A DNA stretch of 57,109 nucleotides from Acetatifactor sp. (lineage in GTDB: Bacteria > Bacillota > Clostridia > Lachnospirales > Lachnospiraceae), in assembly GCA_045593865.1 (NCBI GenBank), contig JAZNXM010000140.1, positions 1 to 57,109 on the forward strand. The letters are read 5' to 3'. A program made the position numbers and the translations under genes. Shown here in pieces: positions 8,196-17,428 of this stretch; the first letter of the stretch is position 1, and each line of letters opens with the position of its first letter. The notes under the pieces are model-generated. The model was not told where the DNA came from. It was given only the letters and a program-made list of their open reading frames with translations, and did not search any database.

Positions 8196-10427
8196 ATGAG
8201 ACTAAGATATGATTTAGACCAGGACCGGATGAATGCGCTGGCACTGGCGGAGGATGAGTCCGTGTGGTACTGTGTGCCGGTGGATTTGGTTTTTGATAAC
8301 TACAGCAAGCAGGCAGTTGCGGAATTTGCCGCGGGGGTCTGGCTTGTGGTAACCCAGAAGCGTTTTCTGGTGCTGCAGGATAAGGAGATTACCGCTTCCT
8401 TTCGCTTACAGGATTGTAAAAGGATTAGATGCGAGCATCAGGTAAACTGCGGTATTGTCACTGTCACAGGCAGAGATGGTGGGGAAACCTGTGCCGCCAG
8501 ATTTTCCATGCGCCACATTATCCGGGTTTCCTATGTGGCGAGGGGGGCACAGGCAATTATTGCAGCATGGGAAGAAGCAAAGGATCCGATGGGTGCGGAA
8601 GTAATTAACAGCACAGAATACGAGAAGTATTGTGAAAAGTGTGGCCGGGCGCTTCCGGGAACCAGCAAATGTCCCTACTGCGAAGGCGGATCCAGTCTGT
8701 TTCGAAAGTTTTGGGCACTCTGCGGAGAATATGTGAGGAAGGTGTCGTTCATTTCCCTTATTATGATACTGATTGCGGCTATCAATCTGGTATATCCTAT
8801 GATTCAGCAGCGCTTTGTGGATGGTCCGCTCTCTTCCGGACAGGGCACATGGAAGGAACTGTGGGTGTTTGTAGGGATTTCGTTTGTGATGATTGGAGGC
8901 AAGGCATTTCTGGAAATATATCGCCACTGGAATTGCTTGAATCTGGGTTCCGCTCTGAGGATGTCGCTGCGCCAAAAAATGTTTTATAAGATACAGACAT
9001 TGTCCATGTCTTTTATGAATAAGAGAAAGCCCGGAGAATTGATGAACCGTCTGCTAAGGGATACGGATCAGCTGCGTCTGTTTATTGACAATATATTTGG
9101 AGAAGTGCTTTCGATGTTTCTGACCATGTCAGTATCTCTGGTGATGATGTTCCTGATGAGTTGGCAAATGACGTTGATGACAATAGTCTTCATCGTCATT
9201 GTATTCATCATTACCAGCGCGTACAAGCGCCATATGCAGAATATGCAGAATAAACAGCGGATGAAGTCGGATGATCTAAGCAACAGTCTTCAGGATGTGC
9301 TTGCCGGAATCCGTGTGGTAAAAACCTTTGGCAAGGAGGAACGGGAAGCCCAGCGGTTTTCCCGCAAGGCCAGAGAATATGCAAAAGTAAGACGCCGCAA
9401 CGAGACTTTCTGGGCGATATTCTACCCGATTGTGATGTTTTTGCTGGGTGCAGGTACCTATATCGCTGTGTACTTTGGAGGAATGGATGTACTGGAGGGT
9501 AGGATGACAGTGGGGCAGCTGGTACAGTATATTACCTACTGCGGGTATTTGATTGGCCCCTTGAACTATATGACCCGACTGCCAAAAGAAACCATGGATA
9601 TGATTACCAGTTTGAACCGGATTTACGATGTGCTGGACGAAGAGCCTGATATTGTGGATGGTAAGGACAGCAAGGAATTTTCCATCAAAGGAGCATTTGA
9701 ATTTGAGAAGATATCTTTCGGTTATCAAAGTTACAATCCCGTTCTGGAGGATATTACCTTCCGGGTAGAACCCGGAGAAATGATCGGTCTGGTGGGAGCT
9801 TCCGGTGTAGGAAAATCCACACTGATCAACTTAATTATGCGCCTCTATGATGTGGATCAGGGAAGGATACTGCTGGATGGTGTGGATCTGCGCAATATCA
9901 AAAAGGAGTGTCTCCATTCCCAGACGGGTGTAGTGCTTCAGGAGACCTTCCTGTTTTCCGGAACGATTCTGGATAATATACGTTATGCATGTCATAATGC
10001 ACCCTTGTCCGAAGTCATACGGGCTGCCAAGGCGGCTAATGCCCATGACTTCATCTGCAAAACTCCCGACGGCTACAATACCTATGTAGGGGAACAGGGG
10101 TATAATTTATCGGGCGGAGAAAGGCAGCGTATCGCTATTGCACGGGCAATCCTGAATGACCCGAAGATTTTGATTCTGGACGAGGCTACGTCCGCACTGG
10201 ATACGGAAAGTGAGTTCCTGATTCAGACAGCGCTGGAGAGGTTGGTCAAAGGGCGTACTACCTTTGCCATTGCCCATCGTCTGTCCACCCTGCGTAATGC
10301 TGACCGCCTGGTAGTGCTTGATGGTCATAGAATTGCGGAGATTGGTACACACAATGAGCTTCTGGAAAAGAAGGGAATTTATTATGGACTGGTAACAGCA
10401 CAGCTGGCTATGGCAGAAGGAAAGTAG
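8196..10427 (+). CDS. ABC exporter (TMD+NBD) with an N-terminal beta-rich extension and Zn ribbon
   Basis: GASGVGKST, LSGGERQR, ILDEATS, and CEKCG...KCPYC before TM1. Confidence 0.9.
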   Translation: MRLRYDLDQDRMNALALAEDESVWYCVPVDLVFDNYSKQAVAEFAAGVWLVVTQKRFLVLQDKEITASFRLQDCKRIRCEHQVNCGIVTVTGRDGGETCAARFSMRHIIRVSYVARGAQAIIAAWEEAKDPMGAEVINSTEYEKYCEKCGRALPGTSKCPYCEGGSSLFRKFWALCGEYVRKVSFISLIMILIAAINLVYPMIQQRFVDGPLSSGQGTWKELWVFVGISFVMIGGKAFLEIYRHWNCLNLGSALRMSLRQKMFYKIQTLSMSFMNKRKPGELMNRLLRDTDQLRLFIDNIFGEVLSMFLTMSVSLVMMFLMSWQMTLMTIVFIVIVFIITSAYKRHMQNMQNKQRMKSDDLSNSLQDVLAGIRVVKTFGKEEREAQRFSRKAREYAKVRRRNETFWAIFYPIVMFLLGAGTYIAVYFGGMDVLEGRMTVGQLVQYITYCGYLIGPLNYMTRLPKETMDMITSLNRIYDVLDEEPDIVDGKDSKEFSIKGAFEFEKISFGYQSYNPVLEDITFRVEPGEMIGLVGASGVGKSTLINLIMRLYDVDQGRILLDGVDLRNIKKECLHSQTGVVLQETFLFSGTILDNIRYACHNAPLSEVIRAAKAANAHDFICKTPDGYNTYVGEQGYNLSGGERQRIAIARAILNDPKILILDEATSALDTESEFLIQTALERLVKGRTTFAIAHRLSTLRNADRLVVLDGHRIAEIGTHNELLEKKGIYYGLVTAQLAMAEGK

Positions 10428-10534
10428 GTAAGATAAGTTTACATAACAGTCCTTTTGTGTTTCCTTAACGGTTTTGATTTTAACGAAGTTGATTTTAACA
10501 CTTGCGTTAGTTTTTTAGTTAACGATTTTAACAC

Positions 10535-10582
10535 TTGCAATGAAAGAAACAGTGTGATATTATAAAGGAGAACAAATGTTCG
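10535..10582 (+). promoter_or_regulatory. Sigma-A promoter with a LexA/DinR (Cheo) box
   Basis: TTGCAA, 17 bp, TG-n-TATTAT (10558-10563). GAAC-AAAT-GTTC at 10570-10581 matches the Gram-positive SOS box GAAC-N4-GTTC. Confidence 0.75.
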
Positions 10583-10624
10583 ATTAATATCATGCTGTTT
10601 TTTTTATGCTATGGTTGGAATTAG

Positions 10625-11992
10625 GTGTTATTGATGAAGAATTTTTTAATAGACAACAGACCGGATCAGACACTGATGGATAAGCTTGAAATCTTAAGTG
10701 ACAGTGCAAAATACGATGTAGCCTGTACCTCCAGCGGCGTAGAACGCCGCGGAAACGGCAAAGATATGGGCAATTGCGTGAGCGCCGGTATCTGTCACAG
10801 CTTCAGCAGCGATGGCAGATGTATCTCCTTGCTGAAAATCCTGCAAACTAATGAGTGTGTATATGACTGTAAGTATTGTATCAATCGTTGCTCTAATGAT
10901 GTGAGGCGAGCAACCTTTACTTCAGAGGAAGTGTGTACACTTACCATGGAGTTTTACAGAAGAAATTACATAGAGGGGCTGTTTCTCAGTTCAGGGATTA
11001 TCCACAATCCCACTTTTACCATGGAGATGATATACAGGACCTTGTATTTGCTTCGCTGCAAATATCATTTTAACGGGTATATCCATGTGAAAGCCATTCC
11101 CGGAGCGGATGCAGAGCTAATCAGAAGCGTTGGATTTCTGGCAGACAGAATGAGTGTGAATCTGGAGCTGCCTACAGCGGATGGGTTGAAAGAGCTGGCG
11201 CCTAACAAGCATCGTAAGACTATCCTGGCGCCTATGCGTCAGATACAGGATGGTATCAAGGAGAATAAGGATGAACTGGTTGTTTATAAGCATGCTCCCC
11301 AGTTTGTCAGTGGCGGGCAGTCTACGCAGATGATTATCGGTGCCACAGGCGAGAGTGATTATCAGATTATTCATGTGGCGGAGAACCTGTATCAGAAGTT
11401 TGAACTTAAGAGAGTTTTTTATTCTGCGTTTGTGCGAGTCAATGAGGACAAGGCCTTGCCGGCTATTCCGGGAGGCCCGCCGATTTTGCGGGAGCATAGA
11501 CTGTATCAGGCAGACTGGCTACTACGGTTTTATGGGTTTCAGGCACAGGAATTGCTGGACGAAAAGAGACCTTTTTTCAATGTCATGCTGGACCCCAAGG
11601 AAGACTGGGCAGTGAGGCATCTGGAGCAATTCCCGGTGGAAATTAATCGGGCATCTTACGAAATGCTGCTGAGAGTTCCGGGAATCGGTGTTACCGGCGC
11701 AAGAAGGATTGTTAGAGCCAGAAGAAGTGCAAGGCTGGATTTTCAGGATTTGAAGAAGATGGGCATTGTGTTAAAAAGAGCCCTTTATTTTATCACCTGT
11801 AATGGAAGGATGATGTACCCTACAAAGCTGGAGGAGGACTACATCATACGGAATCTGACTTGCGACAAGGATCGAATCAAGTTCGGAAGTGATGGCATGT
11901 CTTACAAACAGATGTCTTTGTTCGATCTGGGACAGTTTACCGGCGATTATACCGTGAAGGACCGGTTGCAGGCTTTGTCCGGACAATTGTAG
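10625..11992 (+). CDS. Putative DNA modification/repair radical SAM protein (TIGR03916-type)
   Basis: KLEILSDSAKYDVAC, radical SAM motif CVYDCKYC, REHRLYQADWLLRFYGF, and C-terminal HhH LLRVPGIG. The start may be the ATG at 10634. Confidence 0.93.
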   Translation: MLLMKNFLIDNRPDQTLMDKLEILSDSAKYDVACTSSGVERRGNGKDMGNCVSAGICHSFSSDGRCISLLKILQTNECVYDCKYCINRCSNDVRRATFTSEEVCTLTMEFYRRNYIEGLFLSSGIIHNPTFTMEMIYRTLYLLRCKYHFNGYIHVKAIPGADAELIRSVGFLADRMSVNLELPTADGLKELAPNKHRKTILAPMRQIQDGIKENKDELVVYKHAPQFVSGGQSTQMIIGATGESDYQIIHVAENLYQKFELKRVFYSAFVRVNEDKALPAIPGGPPILREHRLYQADWLLRFYGFQAQELLDEKRPFFNVMLDPKEDWAVRHLEQFPVEINRASYEMLLRVPGIGVTGARRIVRARRSARLDFQDLKKMGIVLKRALYFITCNGRMMYPTKLEEDYIIRNLTCDKDRIKFGSDGMSYKQMSLFDLGQFTGDYTVKDRLQALSGQL

Positions 11993-12147
11993 CAGGGCAG
12001 ATATGGAGAGGATATATGGAATGGAGAGAAAGCAGATATATTGCAAACAGTGCGTGGTAAAGATATTCACAGATTTGGGAGTGATTTCCGGCATGTGCAG
12101 AAAGCCGGAAAAGATATTGGTGAGGGAACAAAGGAGTGTGAAGATAA

Positions 12148-12909
12148 GTGTTCGTATATTTATGCCAGGATACACCGGAGAGCATTTTTACGGCTATTTA
12201 CAATATTTATGAAAACAGGCACAATCTGCCGGATACGAGGATTTTGCTGGATTGGGAGCCCATATTGTTTGCAGAGTATATTCGTGTAAGGGAAGATGAG
12301 GAAAAGGCAGCTAAGGTCATCCGTACCATACACAGGCAATTCGGGGAGCATGACGCCCACTATATTTTTATGGCTTTATCTGCACCGTCAGCCCATAAGG
12401 CGGAGGCAGCGTACAAGACGATTGCTTACGGCTTACAGCACAAAGTGAAGCCGGGACATCTGTTTGACCATCTGGCGGATAAGCATGTGCTGCTGACCAA
12501 TAAATTAGGCTTAAATGCAAGCAGGGAGGCACAGCATTTGAAGGGGTTCTTGCGCTTCCGGGAATTGGAGAATGGGATATTGTTTGCGCCTATCGCGCCG
12601 AAAAATAATATCCTGCCGGTGCTGATGGAGCATTTTTCTGACCGGTTCCCCTCGGAGAATTTTATGGTTCTGGATGAGGGAAGGCAGATGTTCGGAGTAC
12701 ACAAGGCAAGAGAAAGCTGGTTTCTGGCAGAGGGAGAGAGCGTGGCAGAGCAGGTAAAGCGGACGGCGGTGTCTGAGGCAGAAGTGTATTACTCCAGTCT
12801 TTTTAAGCATTTCTGTACGTCGATAGCCATCAACGAGAGAAGGAATACGGATTTACAGAGGAATATGCTGCCGTTACGCTTCCTACCATATATGACAGAG
12901 TTTGTATGA
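12148..12909 (+). CDS. Putative DNA metabolism protein (TIGR03915/DUF4130)
   Basis: REAQHLKGFLRF, P.NNILP.L.EHFSDRF and C-terminal IAINERRN..LQRNMLP.RF. It follows the radical SAM gene, as is typical. Confidence 0.88.
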   Translation: MFVYLCQDTPESIFTAIYNIYENRHNLPDTRILLDWEPILFAEYIRVREDEEKAAKVIRTIHRQFGEHDAHYIFMALSAPSAHKAEAAYKTIAYGLQHKVKPGHLFDHLADKHVLLTNKLGLNASREAQHLKGFLRFRELENGILFAPIAPKNNILPVLMEHFSDRFPSENFMVLDEGRQMFGVHKARESWFLAEGESVAEQVKRTAVSEAEVYYSSLFKHFCTSIAINERRNTDLQRNMLPLRFLPYMTEFV

Positions 12910-13141
12910 CAGTTCCTCCATGCGGCAGATGATGGTACGATCCCTTACATAGGGCAGACGACCGACATTTAAAAGCCATCCGGCATATCTTGAATAACGG
13001 GTGAGAACGTTCATCCTGCCAACTTATGAATGCTCGTGGATGAAGAATGTTTATAACATCTCAGCAACGAATGGTTTGACGTAAGCAGGCATATGGAGTA
13101 ATATTTAAGTAAGCATATAACGGCAGTTACAAACTGTACAA

Positions 13142-15724
13142 GTGCTGGAAAGGCATGGTACTCACGTGGACACAAACAGCAATGACAGGAAAGAACAGCT
13201 TCGTATATCGGTCAGGAGCCTGGTGGAATTCCTCTTAAGAAGCGGTGATATTGACAACAGGCATACTATGTCTTCGGAGAATGCCATGCAGGAAGGCAGC
13301 CGTATCCACCGCATGATACAGAAGCGTATGGGAGCAGAGTATCAGGCGGAAGTTTTCCTGAAATATGTGCACCCCACGGATAACTATGACCTGATTGTAG
13401 AGGGGCGGGCAGATGGTGTCATTGACATTGGAGGCAGTGTCACAATAGATGAAATCAAGGGAACCTATCGCGAACTGTCCCATATGAAGGGGGCGGTTCC
13501 GGTGCATCTTGCTCAGGCAAAATGCTACGCCTATATGTATTCCATGAAGATGGATTTAAGCAGGGTATCCGTGCGGATGACCTATTGTAATCTGGATACG
13601 GAGGAAATCCGGTATTTTACGGAAGAATATAACAAGATTGATTTGGAGAACTGGTTTGATCAGCTCATTACGGCATATATCAGATGGGCGGATTATCGCT
13701 TTCAGTGGAAGCGGCTGCGTAATGAATCCATCAGAGCGGCAGTGTTTCCTTTTTCGTACAGGGAAGGGCAAAAGGAACTGGTTTCTTACGTATACCAGAC
13801 CATTTACCATAAAAGAAAGCTGTTCTTGCAGGCACCTACAGGTGTGGGGAAGACGATTTCTACCGTATTTCCAGCCATCAAGGCTATGGAAAAGGGGTTG
13901 GGGGAGCAGTTGTTTTATCTGACTGCCAAGACCATTACCAGGACCGTTGCAGAGAATACTATACAGATACTGCGGGAGCAGGGGCTGCGGTTTAAGAGTG
14001 TGATATTGACAGCTAAGGATAAGATTTGCTTTCAGGAGAAGCCGGAGTGCAATCCGGAAAATTGTCCCTATGCTAAAGGGCATTTTGACAGGGTAAATGA
14101 AGCGATGTTTGATCTGCTGACCCATGAAGAAAGCTTCCGCAGGGAGACCATCGAAGCGTATGCCAGAAAACATCAGGTTTGTCCGTTTGAGTTCTGCCTG
14201 GATATGAGTTTATTCGCAGATGCGATTATCGGCGACTACAATTATTTGTTTGATCCCCATGTGTATCTGAAGCGTTTCTTTGCGGAGGGCGTCAGCGGAA
14301 ATTATCTGTTTTTGATCGATGAAGCCCATAATCTGTTGGAGCGTGGCAGGGAAATGTATAGTGCCACGCTGGTGAAGGAGGATTTTTCGACCCTCAAGCG
14401 TGCGTTAAGTGATGGGGCAGAAACGGGAGAGGCAGAAACAGGAGAAACAGAAACTCAGGAGATACTGAGTATTTTTACCGAGGAACAAAGGAAAGACCTT
14501 ATAAATACAAAAAAGAAGCGACCTAAAAATATCCTGTGGGGACAGGGCTATGCTACCCGGATGGTTAAACAGTTGGAAAAATGCAATAAAGAATTTCTGG
14601 CACTGAAAAGAGAGTGCGAGGATTGTCTGATTGTGGAGTCTATTGATGCCCTGGTGCAGTCGCTGCTCAGGCTGCACAGTACCATGGGTGAGTATCTGGA
14701 GGAAAGTGAGGAAGGAAATCTTTCACTAAAAGAGCAGATTCTGGAGATGTATTTTAGTGTAAGTCACTTTCTGGATATTTACGAGCGAGTGGACGCAAAA
14801 TATGTAAAATACACCCAATTGATGCAGGATGGAAGCTTCATGGTCAAGCTTTTTTGCGTAGACCCTTCCACAAATCTGAAGGAATGTTTGCAGAGAGGAA
14901 GGAGCAGCATCTTATTTTCGGCAACATTTCTGCCCATTCAGTACTATAAAAGATTACTGGGCGGGGAGGAGAAGGATTATGAGGTTTACGCAAAGTCCGT
15001 ATTTGACCCAAACAGAAGAGCATTGGTAATAACGGAGGATGTTACCAGCAAGTATACAAGAAGGTCCGAACAGGAGTTTTATAGCATCGCAAAATATATT
15101 TTTGAAATTGTAAAAAATAGGCACGGAAACTACATGGTATTCTGTCCGTCGTACCAATTTTTGCAGCAGGTTTATGAGATTTTTTCAGAACATTTTGAGA
15201 CGGAAGAGATGGAATGCCTAGTACAATCCGATTACATGACGGAAGCGGACAGGGAAAACTTTTTAAACAGATTTGAGGGTAACCCGGAATACGATCTGCA
15301 GAAAAAGGTTTGTATGGATATAGAAACGGAGGAGGATACCTACCTGATTGGCTTCTGCGTGTTGGGTGGAATCTTCAGCGAGGGTATAGATTTGAAGGAT
15401 GACAGCCTTATCGGTGCCATTATCGTAGGAACCGGGCTCCCTCAGGTGTGCTATGAGAGGGAAATCCTGAAGGGATATTTTGATGAGCAGGGAGATAGTG
15501 GTTTTGACTATGCTTACCGTTTTCCGGGGATGAACAAGGTGCTCCAGGCTGCTGGGCGAGTTATCCGGACTGCCACGGACGTTGGGATCATCGCCCTATT
15601 GGATGAGCGATTTTTGCAGAATTCTTATCGTGGGCTTTTTCCGCGTGAATGGGAACGTTTTGAGGTGGTAAATCATAATAATATTTCGAAGCGGATTGAA
15701 CGCTTCTGGGACTCCTGGCTTTAA
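13142..15724 (+). CDS. ATP-dependent DNA helicase, DinG/XPD(Rad3)-like with Fe-S cysteines and an N-terminal PD-(D/E)xK nuclease-like domain
   Basis: GSRIH...EGRADG...IDEIKGT...QAKCYA; QAPTGVGKT; CFQEKPECNPENCPY..CPFE; DEAH; FSAT; QAAGRVIR. The start is uncertain (possibly GTG at 13166). Confidence 0.88.
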   Translation: MLERHGTHVDTNSNDRKEQLRISVRSLVEFLLRSGDIDNRHTMSSENAMQEGSRIHRMIQKRMGAEYQAEVFLKYVHPTDNYDLIVEGRADGVIDIGGSVTIDEIKGTYRELSHMKGAVPVHLAQAKCYAYMYSMKMDLSRVSVRMTYCNLDTEEIRYFTEEYNKIDLENWFDQLITAYIRWADYRFQWKRLRNESIRAAVFPFSYREGQKELVSYVYQTIYHKRKLFLQAPTGVGKTISTVFPAIKAMEKGLGEQLFYLTAKTITRTVAENTIQILREQGLRFKSVILTAKDKICFQEKPECNPENCPYAKGHFDRVNEAMFDLLTHEESFRRETIEAYARKHQVCPFEFCLDMSLFADAIIGDYNYLFDPHVYLKRFFAEGVSGNYLFLIDEAHNLLERGREMYSATLVKEDFSTLKRALSDGAETGEAETGETETQEILSIFTEEQRKDLINTKKKRPKNILWGQGYATRMVKQLEKCNKEFLALKRECEDCLIVESIDALVQSLLRLHSTMGEYLEESEEGNLSLKEQILEMYFSVSHFLDIYERVDAKYVKYTQLMQDGSFMVKLFCVDPSTNLKECLQRGRSSILFSATFLPIQYYKRLLGGEEKDYEVYAKSVFDPNRRALVITEDVTSKYTRRSEQEFYSIAKYIFEIVKNRHGNYMVFCPSYQFLQQVYEIFSEHFETEEMECLVQSDYMTEADRENFLNRFEGNPEYDLQKKVCMDIETEEDTYLIGFCVLGGIFSEGIDLKDDSLIGAIIVGTGLPQVCYEREILKGYFDEQGDSGFDYAYRFPGMNKVLQAAGRVIRTATDVGIIALLDERFLQNSYRGLFPREWERFEVVNHNNISKRIERFWDSWL

Positions 15725-15735
15725 GGAGATGGGGC

Positions 15736-15774
15736 TTCCGATACATGAAATTTCATGTATCGGGGCTTTTTTTT
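15736..15774 (+). terminator. Rho-independent terminator
   Basis: CCGATACATGAA-AT-TTCATGTATCGG followed by a T8 tract. Confidence 0.85.
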
Positions 15775-16066
15775 ATGCACAGATAGCTGTTTTTTCTATT
15801 CTTTCTTTCTGCTTAATGCATTTTTTTTCTATTGTTTCTTTATGTTGATATTTTCTTTATTCTTTTCTTGAGTTTCCGGCCTGCTATTTGTATTTATAAT
15901 ATCCTTCGGCAGTGATTTTTGGCAAGTTAACGTTGATATGTTGACATAAAAAGTGGGTTGTTAAGCACTTATGTAACTCAAACATCTGTTTGTAAATAAG
16001 CAAAATTGATAGATTGACATGCAAGTTTGCATTCAAACTGACGGTTAAAACTGTAAATATGACATA

Positions 16067-16165
16067 TGTGTATATGTGGATAAGTATGTGGATTTGGTGG
16101 ATAATTTTTAAAAAGTGACGTAAAAACCGACAGAAATAACTTTTTGTGGATAAGTATGTGGATTG
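16067..16165. promoter_or_regulatory. DnaA-box cluster
   Basis: TGTGGATAA (reverse complement of TTATCCACA) is perfect at 16075 and 16145. Near-matches lie at 16087, 16096 and 16157. Confidence 0.7.
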
Positions 16166-16425
16166 CAGGGAAAATTGCAAATAAACTTAGCGGGTCAATT
16201 TTGTTATGTTAAGCCATAAAAATATTATGTAAACCTAAAAAAGAGATGTGATTGGCAATAAACAGGCATTTGTGGAAGATTGAAAATGTATGGTAAAAAT
16301 GAGAATGTATGTAGTGGAAAATGCAGATGGGGATGCATGCAGAGGAGCAGGAATACAGGTGTATTAGTTGAAAAACGTTCAAAAGAATGGTACTATAATA
16401 AAAATCTTGTTTTTGGGGATGGGAG

Positions 16426-17406
16426 TTGATGTTAGTAATGAAGAAGCTTATGATTTTTTTTGCCGGTGTGGTGCTTCTGATAGTCATTGCCAGAGTGATG
16501 ATGCTGCGTTATCAGGATCGTCCGGAGAATTTTGCAGGTTTACAGGAGTGTATACAGCTCTGGAAAGAGCGGGTAGAGGCCATAACGGACAGCTTTTCAG
16601 AGCAGTTTTCCGGGCAGCTCTCCGTGCAGGACTGGGAGATTGAGGAGAATTATGATATTGATACGGAGGACTGGTTCGTCAGTGGAGAGACGATTTTGAG
16701 TGGCAGCCGGGAGTATATGCAGCTCAGTTCCGGGCAGGTAAACAGTCTGGTGTTGCAGGCGGCCGGCTGCAGTGTTGAGATAGTGGAATCAGAGGATGCA
16801 GATATATACCTTGCATTTGAGAATATGAAGAAGGTTCAGGCGTATCAAAAAGAAAGCAATGTTGTGGTAAAGGCTGTACGGGACACGGAGCTGAAGCAGG
16901 AGCCTGCAGGTAGTGTATTAAGATTGTATTTGCCATCGAAGTGTCATCTGGAGGAAGCAGAACTGGAGCTTGGAGCCGGCAGTTTGAAGATAGAGAATAT
17001 ACATGCAGGGAAGTTGAAATTATCGGTGGAAGCCGGAAAACTGACGGCGGAAGCGTTGTGCGCAGAGACTTTGGTGGCGGCTTTGGGCGCCGGAATGATT
17101 TTGTTGGAGCAGGCACAGGTGCAGGATGCGAAGTTGTCCGCTGGAGCAGGCAGTATGGTTTTAAAGGGACAGATTCACGGAGATGTAGATGCAGAATGTA
17201 CCGTGGGTGGTTTACAGCTGCATTTGCAGGGAGATGTAACCGATTTCAATTACGAAGTGCAGTGTGTGGCAGGAAATATTCAGATCGGAGATGAAAAATC
17301 TTCCGGCATAAACGCAGAAAGGTGTATTGATAACGGAGCAGGAAAGCGGATGGAACTGGATTGTGCAATGGGAAATCTGGAAGTTTCCTTCAGTCAGGGG
17401 TCTTGA
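16426..17406 (+). CDS. Membrane-anchored DUF4097 / adhesin-like beta-strand repeat protein
   Basis: N-terminal TM; repeated L.LGAG.L.I / L.VEAGK / CTVG / CVAG / CAMG units. Confidence 0.7.
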   Translation: MMLVMKKLMIFFAGVVLLIVIARVMMLRYQDRPENFAGLQECIQLWKERVEAITDSFSEQFSGQLSVQDWEIEENYDIDTEDWFVSGETILSGSREYMQLSSGQVNSLVLQAAGCSVEIVESEDADIYLAFENMKKVQAYQKESNVVVKAVRDTELKQEPAGSVLRLYLPSKCHLEEAELELGAGSLKIENIHAGKLKLSVEAGKLTAEALCAETLVAALGAGMILLEQAQVQDAKLSAGAGSMVLKGQIHGDVDAECTVGGLQLHLQGDVTDFNYEVQCVAGNIQIGDEKSSGINAERCIDNGAGKRMELDCAMGNLEVSFSQGS

Positions 17407-17428
17407 TATAAAATGAAGCACAAGCCGG

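Noticed and set aside
4795-11992. Radical SAM gene as maturase for the 43-aa peptide
   Set aside because: It is the DNA-associated HhH-containing family with its own SOS promoter and lacks SPASM/RRE features.
12910-13100. 6S RNA or another known ncRNA
   Set aside because: Terminal pairing is only weak and no convincing central bubble is visible. An Rfam scan is needed; it is kept only as a weak member of the hairpin family.
13142-13700. Cas4/CasDinG (type IV CRISPR) interpretation of the nuclease-helicase
   Set aside because: No array or other cas genes are present. This fusion is a common stand-alone Firmicute helicase.
16075-16165. CRISPR array, or oriC linked to the yidC/yidD genes at the window end
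   Set aside because: There are only two copies of the 20-mer, both explained by DnaA boxes, and no cas operon. There is no dnaA/dnaN or strand switch, and the yidC segment appears chimeric.
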